DNA from: Chloroflexota bacterium
GTDB taxonomy: Bacteria > Chloroflexota > Anaerolineae > Anaerolineales > Villigracilaceae
Length of the DNA stretch: 64,000 bases
Assembly (NCBI GenBank): GCA_043826785.1
Contig: JBDRPT010000038.1
Span: 1 to 64,000, forward strand
Direction of reading: 5' to 3'
A program made the translations under genes and the position numbers. This document shows positions 40,268 through 50,168 of this stretch, one piece after another. The notes beneath the pieces were generated by a model. The model ran no database searches. It saw only the letters and a program-made list of their open reading frames with translations, and was not told the origin of the DNA. Every line of letters begins with the position of its first letter. Position 1 is the first letter of the stretch.

Positions 40268-40316
40268 AGACGGGTCCGATTAGGTAGAAGTTCATCCTAA
40301 TCGGACCCGTGGTTTT
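40268..40316. terminator. Bidirectional intrinsic terminator
   Basis: Perfect 14-bp stem ACGGGTCCGATTAG / CTAATCGGACCCGT (11-nt loop) followed by GGTTTTTCCC. Sits between the convergent dsrE-like and paaI-like genes. Confidence 0.7.
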
Positions 40317-40322
40317 TCCCAA

Positions 40323-40790
40323 CTAGTCCGGATATACGGTCCAGCCTAAGACCTGTGCGAGCGAGACATCAAGCATTCCGCTGGGCACATCGATCAGCAA
40401 GGTTGTCGCCTCCGCGAGCAGTTCACCGGCGGCATTATATATTCCAGCCCAACCTTCGGCGAATTTTCCCTTGGACTTTCCTGGTTTTCCGAGTATTTTC
40501 AGTGGTGTTCCGATAGGTACATTCTTTCGGTATTTGACTTCCATCTTCCCGGTGAACATGAACCTGGGGGATGCTGGATCGCCCATTTGAGCACGGCCGC
40601 TGATCTCGTCCAGGAGAGCAGCAACAATCCCACCATGGAGGATGCCGGGGTAGCCCTGGAAATGTTCGGGGGCCGTATAGCTGGCCTCAACCTCTCCGTT
40701 CTCAGCCTGATAGATTTTTAGTTTTATCCCAATAGGGTTATCGATCCCACAGATGAAGCAGTGGCGTGAGTTGGGTTGTTTTTTCATCAT
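40323..40790 (-). CDS. PaaI/4HBT hotdog-fold thioesterase
   Basis: 155 aa. CFICGxxNPxG...HGG motif (CFICGIDNPIGIKL...ILHGGIVAALLDE). ATGATGA start overlap with upstream trkA stop. Confidence 0.75.
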   Translation of the reverse strand: MMKKQPNSRHCFICGIDNPIGIKLKIYQAENGEVEASYTAPEHFQGYPGILHGGIVAALLDEISGRAQMGDPASPRFMFTGKMEVKYRKNVPIGTPLKILGKPGKSKGKFAEGWAGIYNAAGELLAEATTLLIDVPSGMLDVSLAQVLGWTVYPD

Positions 40791-41464
40791 GGACTTGGTT
40801 TTATTGGAGCAAGCAGGGCGGCAAACTCATTCAGGTGGTCTCCGTGTACCAAAGCCAGCACCTCGTCAGCAGCCTGCAACACCGTATCGCCGTGGGGAAT
40901 GACCAGTTCGTTCTTTCGAATAATCGCGACAAGGACGCACTCACTCGGAAGGTTTAACTGCTTCAAGTTTTGACCCATGGCCCTGGATTCGGGATGTACC
41001 TTTTCTTCTACAAGAGAATACATCCCGCGGTGCATTTTAAGCAATGTCTTCATGTCACCCAGAGACATTTCCTCTTGAATCAGATGGGCTAGAAGATTGG
41101 CCTGGTTAAGAGCGACATCGACGTGAAAATTATCGGTGAAGAGCCATGCGTTACGGGGATTATTAACCCTGGCGATGATGCGCGGCACAGCAAACATCTC
41201 GCGGGCGACGTAACAGATAACCAGGTTATCTGCGTCTGTATCGGTTGTGGCTGCGAGTACCTGGGCCTGGCGGATGCCAGCACGCTCCAAGACCTGCGGG
41301 TCGATTGGCGAACCTTCATAGATCGACTCGGTGGGTAATTCCCGGTGGAGTTGCGTGAGCAAGTCGGGGCGATTTTCGATCAGGCGGACCTGATAGTTCT
41401 CAGCCAGTAACAACGCTGCAAGTTGAGCGCCTGTCCTTCCACCACCGGCTATGATGACAAACAT
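40787..41464 (-). CDS. TrkA family K+ transport regulatory protein (TrkA-N NAD-binding + TrkA-C)
   Basis: Start at MFVIIAGGGRTGAQLA (GxGxxG). The ORF track extends to 41527. Confidence 0.8.
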   Translation of the reverse strand: MFVIIAGGGRTGAQLAALLLAENYQVRLIENRPDLLTQLHRELPTESIYEGSPIDPQVLERAGIRQAQVLAATTDTDADNLVICYVAREMFAVPRIIARVNNPRNAWLFTDNFHVDVALNQANLLAHLIQEEMSLGDMKTLLKMHRGMYSLVEEKVHPESRAMGQNLKQLNLPSECVLVAIIRKNELVIPHGDTVLQAADEVLALVHGDHLNEFAALLAPIKPSP

Positions 41465-41465
41465 C

Positions 41466-42122
41466 CTACCCCTCCTTTGCAAGGCAAGCCCGGAGCTCGT
41501 GGATTCCAGTCGCGGTGGTGCTGACATTGAGTAAATCCCCGGGCTGGAGCTTGGTCTCAGGCTTTGGAAGTGAAGAACGGCCGGCTCGGGTCAGCGCCAC
41601 CGGTAAGCAAAGCTCGGTCTGGTTCAGTAATTCACCGATAGTGCGACCTTGCCATCCGGCGGGGATGGCCAGTTCGTAGACCTCCACCTCTCCATTCCCA
41701 GCGGAAAAAACAACCTGGACGGAGACCCCGCCAAGCATTTCTTCTATCCTCTGTGCGCCCCAGGATGTGGAACTGACAAGCTGAAAGCCAAATGCCTCCA
41801 TAACCGGGCGCAGGTCCGGGTTGTAGTTACGGGCGACAACGATCGGGACTTTGTAGATACTACGAGCGATATGAGCGATAACGGCGTTATGCGAATCGGA
41901 ATTTGAGACTGCTGCCAAACCATCAGCGGTCTCAATCGCCGCGCGCTCGAGGACTTCTTTTGAAAAAGGGTCGCCCTCCACGGTCCGGCCCCGGAAGCGA
42001 GAGTCCAGACGGTCGAAGGATTCGGAATTGTTGTCTACCACAGTGACTTGGTGATTCTGTTGATAGAGTCGGTAGGCGAGTTCCGATCCCAACCTACCGC
42101 AACCGACAACAATAACATTCAT
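41466..42122 (-). CDS. TrkA family K+ transport regulatory protein (second paralog)
   Basis: 218 aa. MNVIVVGCGRLGSELAYRL Rossmann start and TrkA-C at the C-terminus. Confidence 0.8.
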   Translation of the reverse strand: MNVIVVGCGRLGSELAYRLYQQNHQVTVVDNNSESFDRLDSRFRGRTVEGDPFSKEVLERAAIETADGLAAVSNSDSHNAVIAHIARSIYKVPIVVARNYNPDLRPVMEAFGFQLVSSTSWGAQRIEEMLGGVSVQVVFSAGNGEVEVYELAIPAGWQGRTIGELLNQTELCLPVALTRAGRSSLPKPETKLQPGDLLNVSTTATGIHELRACLAKEG

Positions 42123-42149
42123 TTCAACTACTCCTTGTGAATCCCGGGT

Positions 42150-44087
42150 CTAGGGCACTTGGTAGGGGACATCGGTGATGATTATTCCTGGTTTTGACAA
42201 CAACTCCGCCCGCAGTAGATTGGCCGTGTTTGTATGCAGTGCAGTATGCCAGATTTTTGATGGGACAAATTGGGGAACAACGATCGTGATCGTCTCATCA
42301 GGTTGGCGGTTTCGGGTTAACTCCTCGATATATTTCAATAAAGGCTCGAGGAACAACCGATATGGAGAATCAAGGATCACAAGGCGGATGCCATCCCCCC
42401 AGGTCTCCCAACGCAGGCGTACCTTCTCTGCCTCTGTTGGATCGATGGAAACGTGGACAGCAGTGATATCATCAGAAAGGAGCCGGGCATATCGAATTGC
42501 CTCGATTGTCCCCTGATGAACACCGCTAATGGGCATGATGATCCGATGACGGCCGATATGGGGCGGGAAACCAACATAATCCTCGAGCGATAATTTTATT
42601 GCCAATGTGCCATAATGGCGGCGGATAGCATAGAAGATGGACACGAGTATTGGGATGATGATTAATACCAGCCAGGCTCCGTCACGAAATTTCGTCACCG
42701 CAAAAATACACATGACAACCCCAGTACAGACTGCCCCGAAGCCATTGACTACCATTTTTGTTTTCCGCCCGCGCTCTTGCTTTGAAGACAAGCCAACCTG
42801 CACAGAGTTTCCCGCTGAATGTCCGAGCTTCCACCACCTGCGGGCCATGCCGGCTTGAGCCAGCGTAAATGAAAGAAATACGCCTATCGCATAGAGTGGG
42901 ATCAGGCGTGTCACACTGGCGTTGAATAAAGCTATGAGCAGAGATGCAATTACAGCCAAGGCAACAATGCCATAGGAGTAAACCAAGCGGCTGCCTCGGA
43001 ATGTCAACTGGCGAGGCAAGTATCCATCTGCGGCGGTCAGGGCGCCCAAGCGAGGAAAACCAGCGTAGGCAGTGTTTGCTGCCATTAAGAGGATCACACT
43101 CGTCGCAGCGATGGTCAATAAATAAGCAATCCCTCGCCCATTGAATATGGTTCGCGCCAGTTGTGAAATTACCGTTTCTTCCTCAGATGGAATGGCGCCA
43201 ATGCTTCCCGAGAGGTAAGAAATCCCCAGGAACAAACCCGAGAGAATGAAGGCCATCCAGATCAATACAACCGCTGCATTTCGACTGCGCGGCTCTTTGA
43301 ATGCGGTGATCCCATTGGAAATGGCTTCTATGCCAGTTAAAGCAGCCGTCCCACTCGAGAAGGCGTGGAGGATAAGAAATGGAGTGACGGCCGCGAGGGT
43401 GTGGGCGGTGGTTATCTCGGGAGGATGAATCACTTCCCCCAGCGTGCCAGAGAAAAGTCGGATGATCCCAATCCCTAATGTGAGGAACATCATTCCGATG
43501 AAAAAATAGCTCGGGATTGCAAACAACACTCCAGACTCAACAACGCCGCGCAAATTGATCAACATAACGAAAAACACAAAGGCGACTGCAATCCAAACCC
43601 TGTATTCGAATAATCCTGGGTAGGCTGACACAATCTGGGCAACCCCGGACGAGACGGATACAGAGACGGTTAGCACATAGTCGGTTAGTAGAGCGGCTGT
43701 TGCTACTAGGGAAGGAAGCTCACCGAGGTTTTCTTTGGCAACGATATATGCACCGCCCCCATTCGGATAAGCATGGATGACCTGTTGATATGAAATTGTG
43801 ACAATAGTTAGCAATAACACTATCGCGAGCGAAATGGGGAATACTAACCCAAAGGCTGCTGTCCCTGCGGCAGCCAGGATGATCAGGATTTCCTGGGTTG
43901 CATATGCATTCGAAGAAAGAGCATCAGAAGCGAAGACCGCAAGCCCAACCAGCTTCCCGATCGTCTGATGGGGCGCGTCTGCTGTAGCAAGAGGTCTACC
44001 GATCAACCAGTGGCGCCAATTCCTGGGAGGGGTGTAATTCGGTTTCCGGTGGATTACGTGGTGTCCGTTACTGTCTTCGGGGAACAT
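42150..44087 (-). CDS. APC-superfamily permease with C-terminal USP-like cytoplasmic domain
   Basis: 645 aa. 12 TM amino-acid/polyamine permease-like core, then a TM helix pair and about 170 aa of soluble C-terminus resembling a universal-stress-protein-like fold. Confidence 0.7.
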   Translation of the reverse strand: MFPEDSNGHHVIHRKPNYTPPRNWRHWLIGRPLATADAPHQTIGKLVGLAVFASDALSSNAYATQEILIILAAAGTAAFGLVFPISLAIVLLLTIVTISYQQVIHAYPNGGGAYIVAKENLGELPSLVATAALLTDYVLTVSVSVSSGVAQIVSAYPGLFEYRVWIAVAFVFFVMLINLRGVVESGVLFAIPSYFFIGMMFLTLGIGIIRLFSGTLGEVIHPPEITTAHTLAAVTPFLILHAFSSGTAALTGIEAISNGITAFKEPRSRNAAVVLIWMAFILSGLFLGISYLSGSIGAIPSEEETVISQLARTIFNGRGIAYLLTIAATSVILLMAANTAYAGFPRLGALTAADGYLPRQLTFRGSRLVYSYGIVALAVIASLLIALFNASVTRLIPLYAIGVFLSFTLAQAGMARRWWKLGHSAGNSVQVGLSSKQERGRKTKMVVNGFGAVCTGVVMCIFAVTKFRDGAWLVLIIIPILVSIFYAIRRHYGTLAIKLSLEDYVGFPPHIGRHRIIMPISGVHQGTIEAIRYARLLSDDITAVHVSIDPTEAEKVRLRWETWGDGIRLVILDSPYRLFLEPLLKYIEELTRNRQPDETITIVVPQFVPSKIWHTALHTNTANLLRAELLSKPGIIITDVPYQVP

Positions 44088-44175
44088 AAGTTCAACTCAC
44101 AATGGATAGCCCTCGCTTGTTGAGAGCAAGGGCTAATTATAGTACTGATTCTAATTCAACTAGGACATGCTTTGG

Positions 44176-45180
44176 TTATATTTTCCCGAAGGTGTCTATG
44201 AGCAACTTGACATTTCCTCCAACAGGATAGAGGATAGGACATGTCGCGCCTCGTTTGATATATTCCTGGACCTTCGCCCGGGCTTCATCGGGTGTCCCGG
44301 ATGCTGTAATCCGATGGACAAGGTCGTCCGGGACAAGGTGCTTGGCAGTGTTGATCTGTTCTCTAGACGCAGGCCAACCAAGGACGGATTGAATATTCCC
44401 AACGATATCATCAGACACTCCGGACGCCTTGGCGATGTGCGGCTGCTGGGCAAGGTACTGGCACAGGAGCATTTTGGTTGTATCGATGGCTTTCGTATGG
44501 TCTGGGTCCACCGAGCAAACGATTAACTGGGGGCGATCGATCTCGTCGAAATTGCGCCCCGCCTTCTTCGCCCCGGCTGCTAATAGCTCGAGAGCACGGT
44601 CGTTGTACTCTGGTGGAACACAGTAGTTCAACACGACCCCATCAGCGATCTCGCCAGTCAGTTCCATCATCTTGTCGCCAGTTGCACCGATCATGATCGG
44701 AACCTGGCGCGGCTCCCGCCGGCCATGGACGACATCCAACTCGATATTCTCCACGTGGATGGATTCCCCGTGGAAGGTCACCCGTTCCATATTTAGAAGG
44801 CGGCGCAGGATAAGTACAGTTTCTTTCATCGCTGCGAGCGGTTTTCGTCGATCGATTCCGACATTGCGCGCTAATGGGTCCCACCAGGCACCGATACCGC
44901 AAATGATACGTCCTGGAGCAAGGTCGTCAAGGGTTAAGTAGGTCGAGGCCAGCAGGCCGATATTTCGGGTCCAGTTGTTGATCACTCCAGAACCGACCTT
45001 AATGGTTTCTGTAACCGCTGCGTATGCTGCCATCGGCACGATCGCATCACGCACCAGACGACTTTCTGCCTGCCAGACAGCTTCAAAGCCGTGTTCTTCG
45101 GCGTAACGGACATAGTCCAGGCCATCACGCAGATCGTGAGAATCTTGCAGATATAAGGCAACGCGAGAGTGATTATTCAT
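44176..45180 (-). CDS. LLM-class (luciferase-like) F420-dependent oxidoreductase
   Basis: 334 aa TIM-barrel flavin/deazaflavin oxidoreductase family ([12 protein letters not shown]...). Last gene of the F420 biosynthesis operon. Confidence 0.75.
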   Translation of the reverse strand: MNNHSRVALYLQDSHDLRDGLDYVRYAEEHGFEAVWQAESRLVRDAIVPMAAYAAVTETIKVGSGVINNWTRNIGLLASTYLTLDDLAPGRIICGIGAWWDPLARNVGIDRRKPLAAMKETVLILRRLLNMERVTFHGESIHVENIELDVVHGRREPRQVPIMIGATGDKMMELTGEIADGVVLNYCVPPEYNDRALELLAAGAKKAGRNFDEIDRPQLIVCSVDPDHTKAIDTTKMLLCQYLAQQPHIAKASGVSDDIVGNIQSVLGWPASREQINTAKHLVPDDLVHRITASGTPDEARAKVQEYIKRGATCPILYPVGGNVKLLIDTFGKI

Positions 45181-45202
45181 GGTAAAGCTCTCCTGTAAGG
45201 CT

Positions 45203-45814
45203 CTATGTAATATTTAAAGCATCCATCCCACCCAAATGTTCCAAATCCTCAGGAAGGTCAAGGTCGAGCGCGATGGAGGCCAGTTCAATGATTTCCAGGC
45301 GTGCCCCGGCTTGAGTAGCCCGCTCGCAGTGCCTTTGGAAAGAACCAGGACCATAGCCATATTCGATCATCCCAGCTGGATTGACGAACAGGCCATTGGT
45401 CCCATCCTTGCGCCTGTCTGGAACGATGACAACAGTGGGTGCGTGTTTGCCCCGGCGGAGTATTTTGTGGACATCCCGAGAATCGATCAGGGGTAAATCT
45501 GCAGGCAATACCAGGACTGCATGTGCGCCGTGAGCCTGGGAGACGATTGTCGCTCGTTTAAGCGCAGTATTGAACTGTGGTGCTCCATCCTCCAGAACCG
45601 TACGTCCACCCATTTCACGTGTCAAGGCTAAGGCAGCAGGATCCCTACTGACGACCAGGGTGTGCTCGATTTCTGGGACTTCATTCAGTGTGGTCAGGAT
45701 GTGCTCGAGGAGATGGCGATTCAAGCGGTCACGCTGGTCTTCTGTCAGCATACCTGCCAGACGCGATTTTCCTCGCCGCAATGGTTTCACGGGGACGATA
45801 GCCCAGATGGTCAT
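45203..45814 (-). CDS. cofC: 2-phospho-L-lactate/phosphoenolpyruvate guanylyltransferase CofC/FbiD
   Basis: 203 aa. N-terminus [17 protein letters not shown] is the CofC signature. 4-nt overlap with cofD. Confidence 0.75.
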   Translation of the reverse strand: MTIWAIVPVKPLRRGKSRLAGMLTEDQRDRLNRHLLEHILTTLNEVPEIEHTLVVSRDPAALALTREMGGRTVLEDGAPQFNTALKRATIVSQAHGAHAVLVLPADLPLIDSRDVHKILRRGKHAPTVVIVPDRRKDGTNGLFVNPAGMIEYGYGPGSFQRHCERATQAGARLEIIELASIALDLDLPEDLEHLGGMDALNIT

Positions 45815-46740
45815 ATGCTTTGAATAAAGTTTAACACATCTTGCGCTAATCGCCCGCGGTCTGCAGAACTCTTCATCAAGGTATTTGTCACTGATGTTAG
45901 TAAGTTCATTTCCTTCACATCCTTTTCTTGACTGGCGTCAATAGAGTCGAGAACGAATCCCGTTAATAAATCCTTGTAATGTGATGCGACCGCCAGCGCA
46001 GAAGGTTCAATCCCCAGCTCTGCAAACATCTTTGCTGCTGGGCCTTTGACGGTCTGCCCTCCGATGATCGGTGATACCGCTACCACTTTTTTGTTTTCAA
46101 AAGCTGGAAGGATGTCCGGAATCATCAAGATCGGATCGATGCTGACCCAAGGGTTTGAAGGACAGATGATGATTGCATCTGATTGCTCAATCGCCTTCAG
46201 GATCGTAGGGGACGGTCGGGCGGTTTCGAGTCCTGAAAAGCGGAATCCCTTGACCTTCGGCTCGAATCTCCTGCGGACAAAATATTCCTGGAAGGACATT
46301 TCACCGTGTTCGGTTGTGTCGACAATTGTCCGGACGGGTTGATCTGTCATCGGAGCGACAGTGTGGAAAACTCCCCAGGCGCGGCAGAAATCAGCGGTGA
46401 TCTCTGAGAGCGTATGCCCAGCACTCAAGCGATAGCTTCGGATGATGTGTGTTGCCAGGTCCCTATCTCCAAGACGAAACCAACTCTCGGCTCCAAGGAG
46501 GGCCAAGTTTTCGAGGGCAAAAAAGCTGTCTCCGGCACGCCCCCAGCCGGTCTCAGCATTTACTTTTCCTGCCAAGGTATAACAAACCGTGTCCAAGTCT
46601 GGGCAAATATACAAACCGAGGTGCTCAAAATCATCGCCAGTATTGACAACGACTGTCAAATTATCAGGGGATAGGAGTTGGGCGAGTCCGTCGACCAATT
46701 TCGCACCACCAACACCGCCTGCCAAAGCGACGATTTTCAT
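45811..46740 (-). CDS. cofD: 2-phospho-L-lactate transferase CofD/FbiA
   Basis: 309 aa. MKIVALAGGVGGAKLVDGL start typical of the CofD/YvcK UPF0052 fold. Confidence 0.85.
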   Translation of the reverse strand: MKIVALAGGVGGAKLVDGLAQLLSPDNLTVVVNTGDDFEHLGLYICPDLDTVCYTLAGKVNAETGWGRAGDSFFALENLALLGAESWFRLGDRDLATHIIRSYRLSAGHTLSEITADFCRAWGVFHTVAPMTDQPVRTIVDTTEHGEMSFQEYFVRRRFEPKVKGFRFSGLETARPSPTILKAIEQSDAIIICPSNPWVSIDPILMIPDILPAFENKKVVAVSPIIGGQTVKGPAAKMFAELGIEPSALAVASHYKDLLTGFVLDSIDASQEKDVKEMNLLTSVTNTLMKSSADRGRLAQDVLNFIQSI

Positions 46741-47369
46741 CGAATCACCCTGATTTGATCGAGAGGCAGGCGCTCGGGGATAGGCGGGGTTTCATCGGGA
46801 TAACCGAGGAAGAACATTGCCTGTGGCTCCCACTCAAGGGATAAATCAATGCATTCACGAATGCTCTCCTGGGCATACAGTGGCCAACAGATCCATGTCC
46901 CGCCCAAACCTTCTGCGTGGGCTGCTAGCAATAATTGCAACCCGGCCAGCGCGACCGATTGGATCGCCATGGTCCGCGCGGCTTGGCGGCGTGGTTCATC
47001 CGTTTGTGCTTTTATTGATGATTTATCCATGCAGAGAATGATCACCACCTGTGCGTTAAGTGTGCGTTGAGTCATCTTATCCAAACGTGTGGCGATGTCT
47101 TCCCCGGAGGCGCTATCGGCGCCCATGGTCGTTCGAAATTGAACCCGTATGGCTTCGATCAGACGATATCTGGCAGTATCTGTGGTTATGACCGCGAATC
47201 TCCACGGCTGGTTGTTGTGCGCGGAGGGGGCAAACGTAGCTGACTCGAGGATAAGATCAATAACAGAATCAGGTACCGGGTCCGATTTGAAGCACCGAAC
47301 AGACCTGCGGGTGCGGAGGAAGCTAAGGTGTTCGTTCCTGGTCGGGGATGTCAAAGCCTCTCCCTTCAT
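46737..47369 (-). CDS. Stand-alone nitroreductase-family protein (FbiB C-terminal-domain-like, putative dehydro-F420-0 reductase)
   Basis: 210 aa. Nitroreductase signature RRSVRCFKSDPVP...APSAHNNQPWRF. 4-nt overlaps with both cofD and cofE. Confidence 0.7.
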   Translation of the reverse strand: MKGEALTSPTRNEHLSFLRTRRSVRCFKSDPVPDSVIDLILESATFAPSAHNNQPWRFAVITTDTARYRLIEAIRVQFRTTMGADSASGEDIATRLDKMTQRTLNAQVVIILCMDKSSIKAQTDEPRRQAARTMAIQSVALAGLQLLLAAHAEGLGGTWICWPLYAQESIRECIDLSLEWEPQAMFFLGYPDETPPIPERLPLDQIRVIR

Positions 47370-47371
47370 TC

Positions 47372-48139
47372 TTAGCGAAACATATCCTGTTCTTTTGGTC
47401 GGATCAAGTCCTGGAAAGCGCCTTCCTGGAGTGGGTAAGGAAACCCGCGTACATGGACTGCTGGGATGCCCTCGGCAGCTTGACCCATGACCAAGGATGC
47501 CGCCGCGGCAAGTTCATCTGCAACCGCAATCTGGGTGATTCGAAGGGTGAATCCAAACAGGTCGATTTCCCCGCGCATATCAGCCAACGCGGGGAGGCCT
47601 GAAAGGCCGATGCAGGCACCAACGATGCCCGTGCGCCAGGCGCGGCCGTGGGAATCAACGATCATCACACCAATGCGTTTCTGAGTGTTTGCCTCAATTC
47701 TTTCCCTGATGCAACTGGCAGAGCGATCTGGATCTACTGGGAGCAGCAGGACCCAATCGCTCACGTCAGACCCCTCTCCAGCGACATTCGAGTGGTCGAT
47801 ACCGGCATTAGCGCATACAAAACCCAGGCGGTGCTCGACAATAATCGTGCCGGGGCGGGCCCGGAGAATCTCACTGCTTTCCTGCAGGATGAGTTCTACA
47901 AGTGAGGGTTTCTTCTCGCAAAGCGCAGCAAGTTCAATAGCTTTCCTTGAAGGCATCACTTGGGTAAGGTCCTGCATCCTGCCCTCGGCCTTGCTGACAA
48001 TCTTTTGGGCAATCACCAGGATATCTCCATCCTGGATGCTAAGCAGGTTGCTCGAAATTCTGGAGAGAAGAATATCCGCCAGGTTATCACCCGGGCGGAT
48101 AAGAGGTATTTCCCGAATTGGGGTAAGCGTCAGGGTCAT
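47372..48139 (-). CDS. cofE: Coenzyme F420-0:L-glutamate ligase CofE
   Basis: 255 aa. CofE fold motifs (ILVIAQKIVSKAEGR, CANAGIDHSNV). Confidence 0.8.
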   Translation of the reverse strand: MTLTLTPIREIPLIRPGDNLADILLSRISSNLLSIQDGDILVIAQKIVSKAEGRMQDLTQVMPSRKAIELAALCEKKPSLVELILQESSEILRARPGTIIVEHRLGFVCANAGIDHSNVAGEGSDVSDWVLLLPVDPDRSASCIRERIEANTQKRIGVMIVDSHGRAWRTGIVGACIGLSGLPALADMRGEIDLFGFTLRITQIAVADELAAAASLVMGQAAEGIPAVHVRGFPYPLQEGAFQDLIRPKEQDMFR

Positions 48140-48825
48140 TTTCTGTGACTTGGAGGTTCAACACCCGTAATCCGGATACCGGCGGATGTCCCACCGTATT
48201 TTTTGTTGATTCCGATCAATATGCTGGTCATCCCCTCGACAACAACCGCATTTTCGAGCGGACCAGCATCCCAACCTGTTAGGCCGGCAGCCTCAACAAG
48301 TTTGATCACCTCCTGGCGAGCTTCATTGTTCGAACCACAAACAAGAACATCTGAGTTGATGGGCGAATCATTCAGCAAGTGTTCATACGATATGTTTTGA
48401 AATGCAGCAACAACAGGCGTATCTTTGCCCAATATCTCAGCAGCCTCTTGGGCAGCACTACCTGCTGCAGGCATCTGAACTTTGGTTATTTTTGGTGGGA
48501 TGAGGGGAACGGTGACATCAACGAGAATCTTTCCCTTCAACGCACCCTTTAAATTTTCTAGGATCTCTCGATGTGCGGAATATGGGACTGTCAAGATGAT
48601 GATATCGGCGGTCTGGACGGCCTTGAGATTGTTCATCCCTTCGACATATGCCTTCCCGCCAAGCAGCTCGTTCAAATCGAGCGCAGCCGTCCGGGCTTTT
48701 TCAGCAATGCGCGAGCCGACCACTACCCTGTATCCAGCCTTCGACCACCGGTATGCCAAGCCTTTGCCTTCCTTGCCGGTTCCACCCACGATAGCGATGG
48801 TCAGTAAGATCGATTGTTCTTTCAT
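48136..48825 (-). CDS. NADPH-dependent F420 reductase (Fno/NpdG family)
   Basis: 229 aa. IAIVGGTGKEGKGLA Rossmann and F420_oxidored family C-terminus. Confidence 0.8.
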   Translation of the reverse strand: MKEQSILLTIAIVGGTGKEGKGLAYRWSKAGYRVVVGSRIAEKARTAALDLNELLGGKAYVEGMNNLKAVQTADIIILTVPYSAHREILENLKGALKGKILVDVTVPLIPPKITKVQMPAAGSAAQEAAEILGKDTPVVAAFQNISYEHLLNDSPINSDVLVCGSNNEARQEVIKLVEAAGLTGWDAGPLENAVVVEGMTSILIGINKKYGGTSAGIRITGVEPPSHRK

Positions 48826-50168
48826 GAATTTATCCCTTCATATCTTTCCCAGACTTTTATGGATAATTCCCTTGCCTTGGCTGTGACCCGTTCCTCGTCT
48901 ATCGTTAGCAAGGTGCGGTCTTTCATGAGTAATTTCCCGCCAACAATGGTTGTTGTAACCATGCTTTCTTGAAATCCAAAAAGGATATGCCAGGCGATGT
49001 TCTCCGCGGTTATTGGAGTGAACGGGTGATAGTTTACCATCATCACGTCGGCAGAGGCGCCTGGACTTATTACACCAATGGATGCCTTTGGAAAATATTG
49101 GTTTGCCAGAATTGCATTGTTGTAAACAGCCATCCGGAGGATGTCCAACCCACTAGCTCGGCGCGGATCTCGATGCCAGGCTTTATGAAGAAGGTAGGCA
49201 GTTTTCCATTCCTCCCACATTGCATTCGAAAAACCATCATTTCCCATCCCCAGTTTAACATCGGCTGCCAGCATGGCTTCAATAGGGGCTACGCCGACGC
49301 CGTTATTCATATTTGATCTGGGTTGGTGGGTGACCCAGGTTTTTGTGTTTGCCAATATATTGATCTCGGTTTCATCTATGCGGACGCCATGAGCAAGGAT
49401 CGACTTTGGTCCAAGAATTCCCATTTTGTTCAACCGTTGAACGACCCGCATGCCATATTTGGTAAGGCTGTCATATTGGTCTGCATCTGCCTCGGCGGCG
49501 TGGAGGTGAAATCCAAACTCGTCTGGGATTGCTTCGCGACATTTAGTCAGGGTTTGATCAGATAGGGTCAACGATGCATGGAGCCCAAAGGTTGCCGCAA
49601 GCCAACTGGATGGTTGTGCTTCTTGTTTTCTGATAAAGCGGAGATTTTCCTTAATCCCGGCGTCGGCCTTTTCGGGTCCGCTGCGGTCGGTTACCTCGTA
49701 GCAGAGGACTGCCCGGACACCGGCTTCTACGACCGAATCAGCAATTACATCAAGGGACCCATCAATTGCATTAGGGGAGGCATGATGATCGAAAAGGGTT
49801 GTGGTGCCGTGTTTGATCGCATCGATCAAGCAGACGAGCGTGGAGTATTTTATATCTTCATGGGTGAGCGATTTGTCCAGAGGCCACCATAGCTTGCTCA
49901 AGATTTGTGAAAAATCCTGGGGTGGGAGTCCCGGGATTGCCATACCACGCGCGAAGGCCCCATAGAAATGGGTGTGGGCGCATATATTCCCAGGAAGGAC
50001 AAATTGCCCCTTGGCATCGAATTTTTCAGAGTCTGGGTAGCGTGCAACCAGATCTTGGGATTGGCCTACATCACGGATGCAATCCCCATCGATTAGCATT
50101 GCTCCGTCTTCGATCATGCGGTTGGGAGATTCCCAGGTAATTATTTTTGCATTAGTGATCAGCATCAT
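48822..50168 (-). CDS. Amidohydrolase-family aminohydrolase (SsnA/chlorohydrolase/MtaD-like)
   Basis: 448 aa. Metal-binding HTH motif (NICAHTHFYGAFARG) and amidohydrolase_1 fold. 4-nt overlaps on both sides (fno downstream, NACHT gene upstream). Confidence 0.75.
   Translation of the reverse strand: MMLITNAKIITWESPNRMIEDGAMLIDGDCIRDVGQSQDLVARYPDSEKFDAKGQFVLPGNICAHTHFYGAFARGMAIPGLPPQDFSQILSKLWWPLDKSLTHEDIKYSTLVCLIDAIKHGTTTLFDHHASPNAIDGSLDVIADSVVEAGVRAVLCYEVTDRSGPEKADAGIKENLRFIRKQEAQPSSWLAATFGLHASLTLSDQTLTKCREAIPDEFGFHLHAAEADADQYDSLTKYGMRVVQRLNKMGILGPKSILAHGVRIDETEINILANTKTWVTHQPRSNMNNGVGVAPIEAMLAADVKLGMGNDGFSNAMWEEWKTAYLLHKAWHRDPRRASGLDILRMAVYNNAILANQYFPKASIGVISPGASADVMMVNYHPFTPITAENIAWHILFGFQESMVTTTIVGGKLLMKDRTLLTIDEERVTAKARELSIKVWERYEGINS

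Noticed and set aside
44090-44130. Imperfect hairpin TAGCCCTCGCTTG...CAAGGGCTA downstream of the LLM gene
   Set aside because: The stem has a bulge and no T-run on the relevant minus strand. A weak terminator at best.
48822-50168. Link of the SsnA-like amidohydrolase to a selenium-dependent molybdenum hydroxylase system
   Set aside because: The Mo-hydroxylase operon is 15 kb away. No yqeB/yqeC-like genes or selenium utilisation genes were seen. The association is not supportable from this window.
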